A stretch of DNA of 44,614 bases from Azolla caroliniana (lineage: Eukaryota; Plantae; Polypodiophyta). Of this stretch, positions 21,282 through 34,150 are shown piece after piece (within the stretch, counting starts at the first letter, position 1; each line of letters opens with the position of its first letter). The position numbers and the translations under genes are program-made. Under the pieces are notes generated by a model. The model made no database searches. It saw only the letters and a program-made list of their open reading frames with translations, and was not told the origin of the DNA. The DNA lies in assembly GCA_043228905.1 (NCBI GenBank), contig JBHGNT010000253.1, positions 1-44,614 of the forward strand, given 5' to 3'.

Positions 21282-22404
21282 AGAACGTACATAACTTTTT
21301 CAACTATACACTTTCTGAACATCGTAAATGTAAATGGTGTGCTCTGTGTGGTGTCTTGACGTTCTCATAACCCTCTCAATCATATTTCTCCCACGCTCGC
21401 GCACAACACGCACGCACGCACGCACGATCAGGTCGCGTGCCCTCGCTCGCTCATTGCACAAGCAAAATGAAACTCCACGCACACATGATTAGGTAACGTG
21501 CCCACACGCACACTACCCACTCCCACCCTACCTATATCTATCTCTATCCATCTATCGCTATCTCTCTCACGAGCAACGCGAAACTCGTCAAACGTCGATG
21601 CCATCACAATGTTGTATTGAAGCCACCCTCATACAATGCCGTGTCTCGCCGTACCATGATGTGCGCAATAGTAGTGGCTGATCGTAACTCCTACTACAAA
21701 CATGATTCCACATGAAATTCCCATGTCTATCTACCATTTTCATCATCGTGTGAACCAACCAACCCACGCATGTTTCACCTAGAAATGTTGTCCTTGAATG
21801 GTGCCACCTTCATATTCCTCCGGTGGTTGCAGCGTCCACAACGACGACGGATCTTGTAATCACAATGAAAACGCGTGTCGTCGTCCGTATGTTGGTCGCA
21901 ATGGATTCTAAACCCCCTCGTGGCCACAACCACCGATAACGTTTTCGTGGAGAGAACCAACACCCTAAAAACCTTTTCTCACCACCTTATCCTCGTTTTA
22001 CGAGGCCCATACGCACTCTACAACCTCAATGGCATCACATGTGTAGGTGGCTATCATGAGGTTACATACTGTCTACGTTGCAATATGGACGAAGCGTCCA
22101 TAGGTTAGTAGATTTGAAATGCCCAAGTGCATAATCCCACTCCTGGTGTGATGGAGGTGAGTATAGGGCTAGTGATATGGTAGGTCGAAGCAGGAGGATC
22201 CTGGACACGTAAAGGGGGGTGGATAAAAGTGAATGGTCTCTTCCGTGGCCCAAGTATGGATCATGCCATTAACGTCTATAGGAATGGACGTGGGAAGGGA
22301 CATGCATGTACTAGACATGCATGGCCTTGTGTATATAAGGGTGGATCAACCATGACACACTCAAATAGGCGGAGAGAGAACCGGGGTAGTTCCGAACACA
22401 AGCA

Positions 22405-23442
22405 ATGGCGAAGCTCACTATCATATTCCTCATGGCGGTTATCATGCTAGCCGCCTGCGGCGCGGCCAATGCTAGATCTGTAGGACGGGATCGCGAAGAG
22501 GAGAGGCGCGATCGACGTAGGGAGGAGGATGTCGACGAGGAGAGGCGCAGCGGACGTCGTGAGGGATCCATCGATGAGAGGCGCTACAGAGACAACAAGA
22601 GAGAGTCGGATGAGGACCGGGATCGTCGCAGTCACGATCGCGATGAGCCACGTGAGGAGAGGCGCGATCGACGCAGGGAGGAGGATTTCGATGAGGAGAG
22701 GCGCGGGGGACGTCGCGAGGGGTCCATCGAGGAGGGGCGCTACGGAGACAACAAGAGAGAGTCCGAAGAGGAACGGGATCGTCGCGGTCGCGATCGTGAT
22801 GAGTCACGTGACGAGAGGCGCGATCGACGCAGGGAGGAGGATGTCGAGCAGGAGAGGCGCGACCGACGTCGTGAAGGATCCCTCGATGAAGGACGTCGCA
22901 GAGACAACAAGAGAGAGTCCGAAGAGGAACGGGATCGTCGCGGCCGCGATCGCGATGAGCCACGAGACCGAGAGTTGAGGCAAGAGTGCCAAAACTTCGT
23001 CGATAGGCAGGTCCGCCACCTACAAGAACGTAATGAGAAGGAAGAACGTGGACGAAGCCGTCGCACCTCTTGGGATGAAATCAGCCGATATGCAAGGCCC
23101 TCCGAAAGATGCTGCAGGAACGTGGAACAAATCCCCGTAGAAGAGCGTTGCAACCGCCTCCGCGAGGCCTTATACATTAGCGGAGAAGAGGCACGCAATG
23201 ATGGTCACCGCCATAGCCAAGTGTCAAGGGAACGTCGTCAATGGGAAGAGGATGCCGAGCGAGAGAGAGACAGTAGCGAGCGCGAGGAGGACGAGCGCCG
23301 TTATCGCATGACCGGACGACAAGATGAGGAACAACGTCGTCGTTTCAAGGCCGGTGAGGAGGAACAACTTCTAAGCGTGGCAACCTCTCGCCTTCTCCAA
23401 CAATGTGATCTTCGCCCACGCGCTTGTATTCGCCACTTTTAA
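22405..23442 (+). CDS. 2S albumin-like Arg-rich storage protein, copy 11 (S271)
   Basis: 345-aa ORF, N271S. Confidence 0.9.
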   Translation: MAKLTIIFLMAVIMLAACGAANARSVGRDREEERRDRRREEDVDEERRSGRREGSIDERRYRDNKRESDEDRDRRSHDRDEPREERRDRRREEDFDEERRGGRREGSIEEGRYGDNKRESEEERDRRGRDRDESRDERRDRRREEDVEQERRDRRREGSLDEGRRRDNKRESEEERDRRGRDRDEPRDRELRQECQNFVDRQVRHLQERNEKEERGRSRRTSWDEISRYARPSERCCRNVEQIPVEERCNRLREALYISGEEARNDGHRHSQVSRERRQWEEDAERERDSSEREEDERRYRMTGRQDEEQRRRFKAGEEEQLLSVATSRLLQQCDLRPRACIRHF

Positions 23443-24565
23443 AGAACGTACATAACTTTTTCAACTATACACTTTCTGAACATCGTAAATGTAAATGGTG
23501 TGCTCTGTGTGGTGTCTTGACGTTCTCATAACCCTCTCAATCATATTTCTCCCACGCTCGCGCACAACACGCACGCACGCACGCACGATCAGGTCGCGTG
23601 CCCTCGCTCGCTCATTGCACAAGCAAAATGAAACTCCACGCACACATGATTAGGTAACGTGCCCACACGCACACTACCCACTCCCACCCTACCTATATCT
23701 ATCTCTATCCATCTATCGCTATCTCTCTCACGAGCAACGCGAAACTCGTCAAACGTCGATGCCATCACAATGTTGTATTGAAGCCACCCTCATACAATGC
23801 CGTGTCTCGCCGTACCATGATGTGCGCAATAGTAGTGGCTGATCGTAACTCCTACTACAAACATGATTCCACATGAAATTCCCATGTCTATCTACCATTT
23901 TCATCATCGTGTGAACCAACCAACCCACGCATGTTTCACCTAGAAATGTTGTCCTTGAATGGTGCCACCTTCATATTCCTCCGGTGGTTGCAGCGTCCAC
24001 AACGACGACGGATCTTGTAATCACAATGAAAACGCGTGTCGTCGTCCGTATGTTGGTCGCAATGGATTCTAAACCCCCTCGTGGCCACAACCACCGATAA
24101 CGTTTTCGTGGAGAGAACCAACACCCTAAAAACCTTTTCTCACCACCTTATCCTCGTTTTACGAGGCCCATACGCACTCTACAACCTCAATGGCATCACA
24201 TGTGTAGGTGGCTATCATGAGGTTACATACTGTCTACGTTGCAATATGGACGAAGCGTCCATAGGTTAGTAGATTTGAAATGCCCAAGTGCATAATCCCA
24301 CTCCTGGTGTGATGGAGGTGAGTATAGGGCTAGTGATATGGTAGGTCGAAGCAGGAGGATCCTGGACACGTAAAGGGGGGTGGATAAAAGTGAATGGTCT
24401 CTTCCGTGGCCCAAGTATGGATCATGCCATTAACGTCTATAGGAATGGACGTGGGAAGGGACATGCATGTACTAGACATGCATGGCCTTGTGTATATAAG
24501 GGTGGATCAACCATGACACACTCAAATAGGCGGAGAGAGAACCGGGGTAGTTCCGAACACAAGCA

Positions 24566-25557
24566 ATGGCGAAGCTCACTATCATATTCCTCATGGCGGT
24601 TATCATGCTAGCCGCCTGCGGCGCGGCCAATGCTAGATCTGTAGGACGGGATCGCGAAGAGGAGAGGCGCGATCGACGTAGGGAGGAAAGGCGCTACAGA
24701 GACAACAAGAGAGAGTCGGATGAGGACCGGGATCGTCGCAGTCACGATCGCGATGAGCCACGTGAGAGAGGCGCGATCGACGCAGGGAGGAGGATGTTCG
24801 ATGAGGAGAGGCGCGGGGGACGTCGCGAGGGGTCCATCGAGGAGGGGCGCTACGGAGACAACAAGAGAGAGTCCGAAGAGGAACGGGATCGTCGCGGTCG
24901 CGATCGTGATGAGTCACGTGACGAGAGGCGCGATCGACGCAGGGAGGAGGATGTCGAGCAGGAGAGGCGCGACCGACGTCGTGAAGGATCCCTCGATGAA
25001 GGACGTCGCAGAGGACAACAAGAGAGAGTCCGAAGAGGAACGGGATCGTCGCGGGCCGCGATCGCGATGAGCCACGAGACCGAGAGTTGAGGCAAGAGTG
25101 CCAAAACTTCGTCGATAGGCAGGTCCGCCACCTACAAGAACGTAATGAGAAGGAAGAACGTGGACGAAGCCGTCGCACCTCTTGGGATGAAATCAGCCGA
25201 TATGCAAGGCCCTCCGAAAGATGCTGCAGGAACGTGGAACAAATCCCCGTAGAAGAGCGTTGCAACCGCCTCCGCGAGGCCTTATACATTAGCGGAGAAG
25301 AGGCACGCAATGATGGTCACCGCCATAACCAAGTGTCAAGGGAACGTCGTCAATGGGAAGAGGATGCCGAGCGAGAGAGAGACAGTAGCGAGCGCGAGGC
25401 GGAGACGAGCGCCGTTATCGCATGACCGGGACGACAAGATGAGGAACAACGTCGTCGTTTCAAGGCCGGTGAGGAGGAACAACTTCTAAGCGTGGCAACC
25501 TCTCGCCTTCTCCAACAATGTGATCTTCGCCCACGCGCTTGTATTCGCCACTTTTAA
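24566..25557 (+). pseudogene. Copy 12, multiply frameshifted (51-bp deletion in repeat 1 plus several 1-2 bp indels); probably a sequencing/consensus artefact
   Basis: The ORF is split into 174-aa and 112-aa pieces. The lesions are almost all indels. It carries N271 although its neighbours carry S271. Confidence 0.45.
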
Positions 25558-26681
25558 AAGAACGTACATAACTTTTTCAACTATACACTTTCTGAACATC
25601 GTAAATGTAATGGTGTGCTCTGTGTGGTGTCTTGACGTTCTCATAACCCTCTCAATCATATTTCTCCCACGCTCGCGCACAACACGCACGCACGCACGCA
25701 CGATCAGGTCGCGTGCCCTCGCTCGCTCATTGCACAAGCAAAATGAAACTCCACGCACACATGATTAGGTAACGTGCCCACACGCACACTACCCACTCCC
25801 ACCCTACCTATATCTATCTCTATCCATCTATCGCTATCTCTCTCACGAGCAACGCGAAACTCGTCAAACGTCGATGCCATCACAATGTTGTATTGAAGCC
25901 ACCCTCATACAATGCCGTGTCTCGCCGTACCATGATGTGCGCAATAGTAGTGGCTGATCGTAACTCCTACTACAAACATGATTCCACATGAAATTCCCAT
26001 GTCTATCTACCATTTTCATCATCGTGTGAACCAACCAACCCACGCATGTTTCACCTAGAAATGTTGTCCTTGAATGGTGCCACCTTCATATTCCTCCGGT
26101 GGTTGCAGCGTCCACAACGACGACGGATCTTGTAATCACAATGAAAACGCGTGTCGTCGTCCGTATGTTGGTCGCAATGGATTCTAAACCCCCTCGTGGC
26201 CACAACCACCGATAACGTTTTCGTGGAGAGAACCAACACCCTAAAAAACCTTTTCTCACCACCTTATCCTCGTTTTACGAGGCCCATACGCACTCTACAA
26301 CCTCAATGGCATCACATGTGTAGGTGGCTATCATGAGGTTACATACTGTCTACGTTGCAATATGGACGAAGCGTCCATAGGTTAGTAGATTTGAAATGCC
26401 CAAGTGCATAATCCCACTCCTGGTGTGATGGAGGTGAGTATAGGGCTAGTGATATGGTAGGTCGAAGCAGGAGGATCCTGGACACGTAAAGGGGGGTGGA
26501 TAAAAGTGAATGGTCTCTTCCGTGGCCCAAGTATGGATCATGCCATTAACGTCTATAGGAATGGACGTGGGAAGGGACATGCATGTACTAGACATGCATG
26601 GCCTTGTGTATATAAGGGTGGATCAACCATGACACACTCAAATAGGCGGAGAGAGAACCGGGGTAGTTCCGAACACAAGCA

Positions 26682-27701
26682 ATGGCGAAGCTCACTATCA
26701 TATTCCTCATGGCGGTTATCATGCTAGCCGCCTGCGGCGCGGCCAATGCTAGATCTGTAGGACGACGCGATCGACGTAGGGAGGAGGATGTCGACGAGGA
26801 GAGGCGCAGCGGACGTCGTGAGGGATCCATCGATGAGAGGCGCTACAGAGACAACAAGAGAGAGTCGGATGAGGACCGGGATCGTCGCAGTCACGATCGC
26901 GATGAGCCACGTGAGGAGAGGCGCGATCGACGCAGGGAGGAGGATTTCGATGAGGAGAGGCGCGGGGGACGTCGCGAGGGGTCCATCGAGGAGGGGCGCT
27001 ACGGAGACAACAAGAGAGAGTCCGAAGAGGAACGGGATCGTCGCGGTCGCGATCGTGATGAGTCACGTGACGAGAGGCGCGATCGACGCAGGGAGGAGGA
27101 TGTCGAGCAGGAGAGGCGCGACCGACGTCGTGAAGGATCCCTCGATGAAGGACGTCGCAGAGACAACAAGAGAGAGTCCGAAGAGGAACGGGATCGTCGC
27201 GGCCGCGATCGCGATGAGCCACGAGACCGAGAGTTGAGGCAAGAGTGCCAAAACTTCGTCGATAGGCAGGTCCGCCACCTACAAGAACGTAATGAGAAGG
27301 AAGAACGTGGACGAAGCCGTCGCACCTCTTGGGATGAAATCAGCCGATATGCAAGGCCCTCCGAAAGATGCTGCAGGAACGTGGAACAAATCCCCGTAGA
27401 AGAGCGTTGCAACCGCCTCCGCGAGGCCTTATACATTAGCGGAGAAGAGGCACGCAATGATGGTCACCGCCATAGCCAAGTGTCAAGGGAACGTCGTCAA
27501 TGGGAAGAGGATGCCGAGCGAGAGAGAGACAGTAGCGAGCGCGAGGAGGACGAGCGCCGTTATCGCATGACCGGACGACAAGATGAGGAACAACGTCGTC
27601 GTTTCAAGGCCGGTGAGGAGGAACAACTTCTAAGCGTGGCAACCTCTCGCCTTCTCCAACAATGTGATCTTCGCCCACGCGCTTGTATTCGCCACTTTTA
27701 A
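26682..27701 (+). CDS. 2S albumin-like Arg-rich storage protein, copy 13 (339 aa, in-frame 18-bp deletion after the signal peptide; S271)
   Basis: SVGRDREEERRDRRR becomes SVGRRDRRR; otherwise intact. Confidence 0.85.
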   Translation: MAKLTIIFLMAVIMLAACGAANARSVGRRDRRREEDVDEERRSGRREGSIDERRYRDNKRESDEDRDRRSHDRDEPREERRDRRREEDFDEERRGGRREGSIEEGRYGDNKRESEEERDRRGRDRDESRDERRDRRREEDVEQERRDRRREGSLDEGRRRDNKRESEEERDRRGRDRDEPRDRELRQECQNFVDRQVRHLQERNEKEERGRSRRTSWDEISRYARPSERCCRNVEQIPVEERCNRLREALYISGEEARNDGHRHSQVSRERRQWEEDAERERDSSEREEDERRYRMTGRQDEEQRRRFKAGEEEQLLSVATSRLLQQCDLRPRACIRHF

Positions 27702-28824
27702 AGAACGTACATAACTTTTTCAACTATACACTTTCTGAACATCGTAAATGTAAATGGTGTGCTCTGTGTGGTGTCTTGACGTTCTCATAACCCTCTCAAT
27801 CATATTTCTCCCACGCTCGCGCACAACACGCACGCACGCACGCACGATCAGGTCGCGTGCCCTCGCTCGCTCATTGCACAAGCAAAATGAAACTCCACGC
27901 ACACATGATTAGGTAACGTGCCCACACGCACACTACCCACTCCCACCCTACCTATATCTATCTCTATCCATCTATCGCTATCTCTCTCACGAGCAACGCG
28001 AAACTCGTCAAACGTCGATGCCATCACAATGTTGTATTGAAGCCACCCTCATACAATGCCGTGTCTCGCCGTACCATGATGTGCGCAATAGTAGTGGCTG
28101 ATCGTAACTCCTACTACAAACATGATTCCACATGAAATTCCCATGTCTATCTACCATTTTCATCATCGTGTGAACCAACCAACCCACGCATGTTTCACCT
28201 AGAAATGTTGTCCTTGAATGGTGCCACCTTCATATTCCTCCGGTGGTTGCAGCGTCCACAACGACGACGGATCTTGTAATCACAATGAAAACGCGTGTCG
28301 TCGTCCGTATGTTGGTCGCAATGGATTCTAAACCCCCTCGTGGCCACAACCACCGATAACGTTTTCGTGGAGAGAACCAACACCCTAAAAACCTTTTCTC
28401 ACCACCTTATCCTCGTTTTACGAGGCCCATACGCACTCTACAACCTCAATGGCATCACATGTGTAGGTGGCTATCATGAGGTTACATACTGTCTACGTTG
28501 CAATATGGACGAAGCGTCCATAGGTTAGTAGATTTGAAATGCCCAAGTGCATAATCCCACTCCTGGTGTGATGGAGGTGAGTATAGGGCTAGTGATATGG
28601 TAGGTCGAAGCAGGAGGATCCTGGACACGTAAAGGGGGGTGGATAAAAGTGAATGGTCTCTTCCGTGGCCCAAGTATGGATCATGCCATTAACGTCTATA
28701 GGAATGGACGTGGGAAGGGACATGCATGTACTAGACATGCATGGCCTTGTGTATATAAGGGTGGATCAACCATGACACACTCAAATAGGCGGAGAGAGAA
28801 CCGGGGTAGTTCCGAACACAAGCA

Positions 28825-29862
28825 ATGGCGAAGCTCACTATCATATTCCTCATGGCGGTTATCATGCTAGCCGCCTGCGGCGCGGCCAATGCTAGATCTG
28901 TAGGACGGGATCGCGAAGAGGAGAGGCGCGATCGACGTAGGGAGGAGGATGTCGACGAGGAGAGGCGCAGCGGACGTCGTGAGGGATCCATCGATGAGAG
29001 GCGCTACAGAGACAACAAGAGAGAGTCGGATGAGGACCGGGATCGTCGCAGTCACGATCGCGATGAGCCACGTGAGGAGAGGCGCGATCGACGCAGGGAG
29101 GAGGATTTCGATGAGGAGAGGCGCGGGGGACGTCGCGAGGGGTCCATCGAGGAGGGGCGCTACGGAGACAACAAGAGAGAGTCCGAAGAGGAACGGGATC
29201 GTCGCGGTCGCGATCGTGATGAGTCACGTGACGAGAGGCGCGATCGACGCAGGGAGGAGGATGTCGAGCAGGAGAGGCGCGACCGACGTCGTGAAGGATC
29301 CCTCGATGAAGGACGTCGCAGAGACAACAAGAGAGAGTCCGAAGAGGAACGGGATCGTCGCGGCCGCGATCGCGATGAGCCACGAGACCGAGAGTTGAGG
29401 CAAGAGTGCCAAAACTTCGTCGATAGGCAGGTCCGCCACCTACAAGAACGTAATGAGAAGGAAGAACGTGGACGAAGCCGTCGCACCTCTTGGGATGAAA
29501 TCAGCCGATATGCAAGGCCCTCCGAAAGATGCTGCAGGAACGTGGAACAAATCCCCGTAGAAGAGCGTTGCAACCGCCTCCGCGAGGCCTTATACATTAG
29601 CGGAGAAGAGGCACGCAATGATGGTCACCGCCATAGCCAAGTGTCAAGGGAACGTCGTCAATGGGAAGAGGATGCCGAGCGAGAGAGAGACAGTAGCGAG
29701 CGCGAGGAGGACGAGCGCCGTTATCGCATGACCGGACGACAAGATGAGGAACAACGTCGTCGTTTCAAGGCCGGTGAGGAGGAACAACTTCTAAGCGTGG
29801 CAACCTCTCGCCTTCTCCAACAATGTGATCTTCGCCCACGCGCTTGTATTCGCCACTTTTAA
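28825..29862 (+). CDS. 2S albumin-like Arg-rich storage protein, copy 14 (S271)
   Basis: 345-aa ORF, N271S. Confidence 0.9.
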   Translation: MAKLTIIFLMAVIMLAACGAANARSVGRDREEERRDRRREEDVDEERRSGRREGSIDERRYRDNKRESDEDRDRRSHDRDEPREERRDRRREEDFDEERRGGRREGSIEEGRYGDNKRESEEERDRRGRDRDESRDERRDRRREEDVEQERRDRRREGSLDEGRRRDNKRESEEERDRRGRDRDEPRDRELRQECQNFVDRQVRHLQERNEKEERGRSRRTSWDEISRYARPSERCCRNVEQIPVEERCNRLREALYISGEEARNDGHRHSQVSRERRQWEEDAERERDSSEREEDERRYRMTGRQDEEQRRRFKAGEEEQLLSVATSRLLQQCDLRPRACIRHF

Positions 29863-30958
29863 AGAACGTACATAACTTTTTCAACTATACACTTTCTGAA
29901 CATCGTAAATGTAAATGGTGTGCTCTGTGTGGTGTCTTGACGTTCTCATAACCCTCTCAATCATATTTCTCCCACGCTCGCGCACAACACGCACGCACGC
30001 ACGCACGATCAGGTCGCGTGCCCTCGCTCGCTCATTGCACAAGCAAAATGAAACTCCACGCACACATGATTAGGTACTCCCACCCTACCTATATCTATCT
30101 CTATCCATCTATCGCTATCTCTCTCAACGAGCAACGCGAAACTCGTCAAACGTCGAATGCATCACAATGTTGTATTGAATGCCACCCTCATACAATGCCG
30201 TGTCTCGCCGTACATGATGTGCGCAATAGTAGTGGCTGATCGTAACTCCTACTACAAACATGATTCCACATGAAATTCCCATGTCTATCTACCATTTTCA
30301 TCATCGTGTGAACCAACCAACCCACGCATGTTTCACCTAGAAATGTTGTCCTTGAATGGTGCCACCTTCATATTCCTCCGGTGGTTGCAGCGTCCACAAC
30401 GACGACGGATCTTGTAATCACAATGAAAACGCGTGTCGTCGTCCGTATGTTGGTCGCAATGGATTCTAAACCCCCTCGTGGCACAACACCGATAACGTTT
30501 CGTGGAGAGAACCAACACCCTAAAAACCTTTTCTCACCACCTTATCTCGTTTTACGAGCCCATACGCACTCTACCAACCTCAATGGCATCACATGTGTAG
30601 GTGGCTATCATGAGGTTACATACTGTCTACGTTTGCAATATGGACGAAGCGTCCATAGGTTAGTAGATTTGAAATGCCCAAGTGCATATCCCACTCTGGT
30701 GTGATGGAGGTGAGTATAGGGCTAGTGATATGGTAGGTCGAAGCAGGAGGATCCTGGACACGTAAAGGGGGGTGGATAAAAGTGAATGGTCTCTTCCGTG
30801 GCCCAAGTATGGATCATGCCATTAACGTCTATAGGAATGGACTGTGGGAAGGGACATGCATGTACTAGACATGCATGGCCTTGTGTATATAAGGGTGGAT
30901 CAACCATGACACACTCAAATAGGCGGAGAGAGAACCGGGGTAGTTCCGAACACAAGCA

Positions 30959-31992
30959 ATGGCGAAGCTCACTATCATATTCCTCATGGCGGTTATCATG
31001 CTAGCCGCCTGCGGCGCGGCCAATGCTAGATCTGTAGGACGGGATCGCGAAGAGGAGAGGCGCGATCGACGTAGGGAGGAGGATGTCGACGAGGAGAGGC
31101 GCAGCGGACGTCGTGAGGGATCCATCGATGAGGGGCGCTACAGAGACAACAAGAGAGAGTCGGATGAGGACCGGGATCGTCGCAGTCACGATCGCGATGA
31201 GCCACGTGAGGAGAGGCGCGATCGACGCAGGGAGGAGGATTTCGATGAGGAGAGGCGCGGGGGACGTCGCGAGGGGTCCATCGAGGAGGGGCGCTACGGA
31301 GACAACAAGAGAGAGTCCGAAGAGGAACGGGATCGTCGCGGTCGCGATCGTGATGAGTCACGTGACGAGAGGCGCGATCGACGCAGGAGAGGATGTCGAG
31401 CAGGAGAGGCGCGACCGACGTCGTGAAGGATCCCTCGATGAAGGACGTCGCAGAGACAACAAGAGAGAGTCCGAAGAGGAACGGGATCGTCGCGGCCGCG
31501 ATCGCGATGAGCCACGAGACCGAGAGTTGAGGCAAGAGTGCCAAAACTTCGTCGATAGGCAGTGTCCGCCACCTACAAGAACGTAATGAGAAGGAAGACG
31601 TGGACGAAGCCGTCGCACCTCTTGGATGAAATCAGCCGATATGCAAGGCCCTCCGAAAGATGCTGCAGGAACGTGGAACAAATCCCCGTAGAAGAGCGTT
31701 GCAACCGCCTCCGCGAGGCCTTATACATTAGCGGAGAAGAGGCACGCAATGATGGTCACCGCCATAACCAAGTGTCAAGGGAACGTCGTCAATGGAAGAG
31801 GATGCCGAGCGAGAGAGAGACAGTAGCGAGCGCGAGGAGGACGAGCGCCGTTATCGCATGACCGGACGACAAGATGAGGAACAACGTCGTCGTTTCAAGG
31901 CCGGTGAGGAGGAACAACTTCTAAGCGTGGCAACCTCTCGCCTTCTCCAACAATGTGATCTTCGCCCACGCGCTTGTATTCGCCACTTTTAA
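30959..31992 (+). pseudogene. Copy 15, multiply frameshifted by small indels (G59, N271); probably a sequencing/consensus artefact
   Basis: The ORF is fragmented over several frames and lies in an indel-dense stretch at about 30075-32235. Confidence 0.45.
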
Positions 31993-33112
31993 AGAACGTA
32001 CATAACTTTTTCAACTATACACTTTCTGAACATCGTAAATGTAAATGGTGTGCTCTGTGTGGTGTCTTGACGTTCTCATAACCCTCAATCATATTTCTCC
32101 CACGCTCGCGCACAACATGCACGCACGCACGCACGATCAGGTCGCGTGCCCTCGCTCGCTCATTGCACAAGCAAAATGAAACTCCACGCACACATGATTA
32201 GGTAACGTGCCCACACGCACACTACCCACTCCACCCTACCTATATCTATCTCTATCCATCTATCGCTATCTCTCTCACGAGCAACGCGAAACTCGTCAAA
32301 CGTCGATGCCATCACAATGTTGTATTGAAGCCACCCTCATACAATGCCGTGTCTCGCCGTACCATGATGTGCGCAATAGTAGTGGCTGATCGTAACTCCT
32401 ACTACAAACATGATTCCACATGAAATTCCCATGTCTATCTACCATTTTCATCATCGTGTGAACCAACCAACCCACGCATGTTTCACCTAGAAATGTTGTC
32501 CTTGAATGGTGCCACCTTCATATTCCTCCGGTGGTTGCAGCGTCCACAACGACGACGGATCTTGTAATCACAATGAAAACGCGTGTCGTCGTCCGTATGT
32601 TGGTCGCAATGGATTCTAAACCCCCTCGTGGCCACAACCACCGATAACGTTTTCGTGGAGAGAACCAACACCCTAAAAACCTTTTCTCACCACCTTATCC
32701 TCGTTTTACGAGGCCCATACGCACTCTACAACCTCAATGGCATCACATGTGTAGGTGGCTATCATGAGGTTACATACTGTCTACGTTGCAATATGGACGA
32801 AGCGTCCATAGGTTAGTAGATTTGAAATGCCCAAGTGCATAATCCCACTCCTGGTGTGATGGAGGTGAGTATAGGGCTAGTGATATGGTAGGTCGAAGCA
32901 GGAGGATCCTGGACACGTAAAGGGGGGTGGATAAAAGTGAATGGTCTCTTCCGTGGCCCAAGTATGGATCATGCCATTAACGTCTATAGGAATGGACGTG
33001 GGAAGGGACATGCATGTACTAGACATGCATGGCCTTGTGTATATAAGGGTGGATCAACCATGACACACTCAAATAGGCGGAGAGAGAACCGGGGTAGTTC
33101 CGAACACAAGCA

Positions 33113-34150
33113 ATGGCGAAGCTCACTATCATATTCCTCATGGCGGTTATCATGCTAGCCGCCTGCGGCGCGGCCAATGCTAGATCTGTAGGACGGGATC
33201 GCGAAGAGGAGAGGCGCGATCGACGTAGGGAGGAGGATGTCGACGAGGAGAGGCGCAGCGGACGTCGTGAGGGATCCATCGATGAGGGGCGCTACAGAGA
33301 CAACAAGAGAGAGTCGGATGAGGACCGGGATCGTCGCAGTCACGATCGCGATGAGCCACGTGAGGAGAGGCGCGATCGACGCAGGGAGGAGGATTTCGAT
33401 GAGGAGAGGCGCGGGGGACGTCGCGAGGGGTCCATCGAGGAGGGGCGCTACGGAGACAACAAGAGAGAGTCCGAAGAGGAACGGGATCGTCGCGGTCGCG
33501 ATCGTGATGAGTCACGTGACGAGAGGCGCGATCGACGCAGGGAGGAGGATGTCGAGCAGGAGAGGCGCGACCGACGTCGTGAAGGATCCCTCGATGAAGG
33601 ACGTCGCAGAGACAACAAGAGAGAGTCCGAAGAGGAACGGGATCGTCGCGGCCGCGATCGCGATGAGCCACGAGACCGAGAGTTGAGGCAAGAGTGCCAA
33701 AACTTCGTCGATAGGCAGGTCCGCCACCTACAAGAACGTAATGAGAAGGAAGAACGTGGACGAAGCCGTCGCACCTCTTGGGATGAAATCAGCCGATATG
33801 CAAGGCCCTCCGAAAGATGCTGCAGGAACGTGGAACAAATCCCCGTAGAAGAGCGTTGCAACCGCCTCCGCGAGGCCTTATACATTAGCGGAGAAGAGGC
33901 ACGCAATGATGGTCACCGCCATAACCAAGTGTCAAGGGAACGTCGTCAATGGGAAGAGGATGCCGAGCGAGAGAGAGACAGTAGCGAGCGCGAGGAGGAC
34001 GAGCGCCGTTATCGCATGACCGGACGACAAGATGAGGAACAACGTCGTCGTTTCAAGGCCGGTGAGGAGGAACAACTTCTAAGCGTGGCAACCTCTCGCC
34101 TTCTCCAACAATGTGATCTTCGCCCACGCGCTTGTATTCGCCACTTTTAA
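33113..34150 (+). CDS. 2S albumin-like Arg-rich storage protein, copy 16 (G59, N271)
   Basis: 345-aa ORF with AGG>GGG at 33287. Confidence 0.9.
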   Translation: MAKLTIIFLMAVIMLAACGAANARSVGRDREEERRDRRREEDVDEERRSGRREGSIDEGRYRDNKRESDEDRDRRSHDRDEPREERRDRRREEDFDEERRGGRREGSIEEGRYGDNKRESEEERDRRGRDRDESRDERRDRRREEDVEQERRDRRREGSLDEGRRRDNKRESEEERDRRGRDRDEPRDRELRQECQNFVDRQVRHLQERNEKEERGRSRRTSWDEISRYARPSERCCRNVEQIPVEERCNRLREALYISGEEARNDGHRHNQVSRERRQWEEDAERERDSSEREEDERRYRMTGRQDEEQRRRFKAGEEEQLLSVATSRLLQQCDLRPRACIRHF

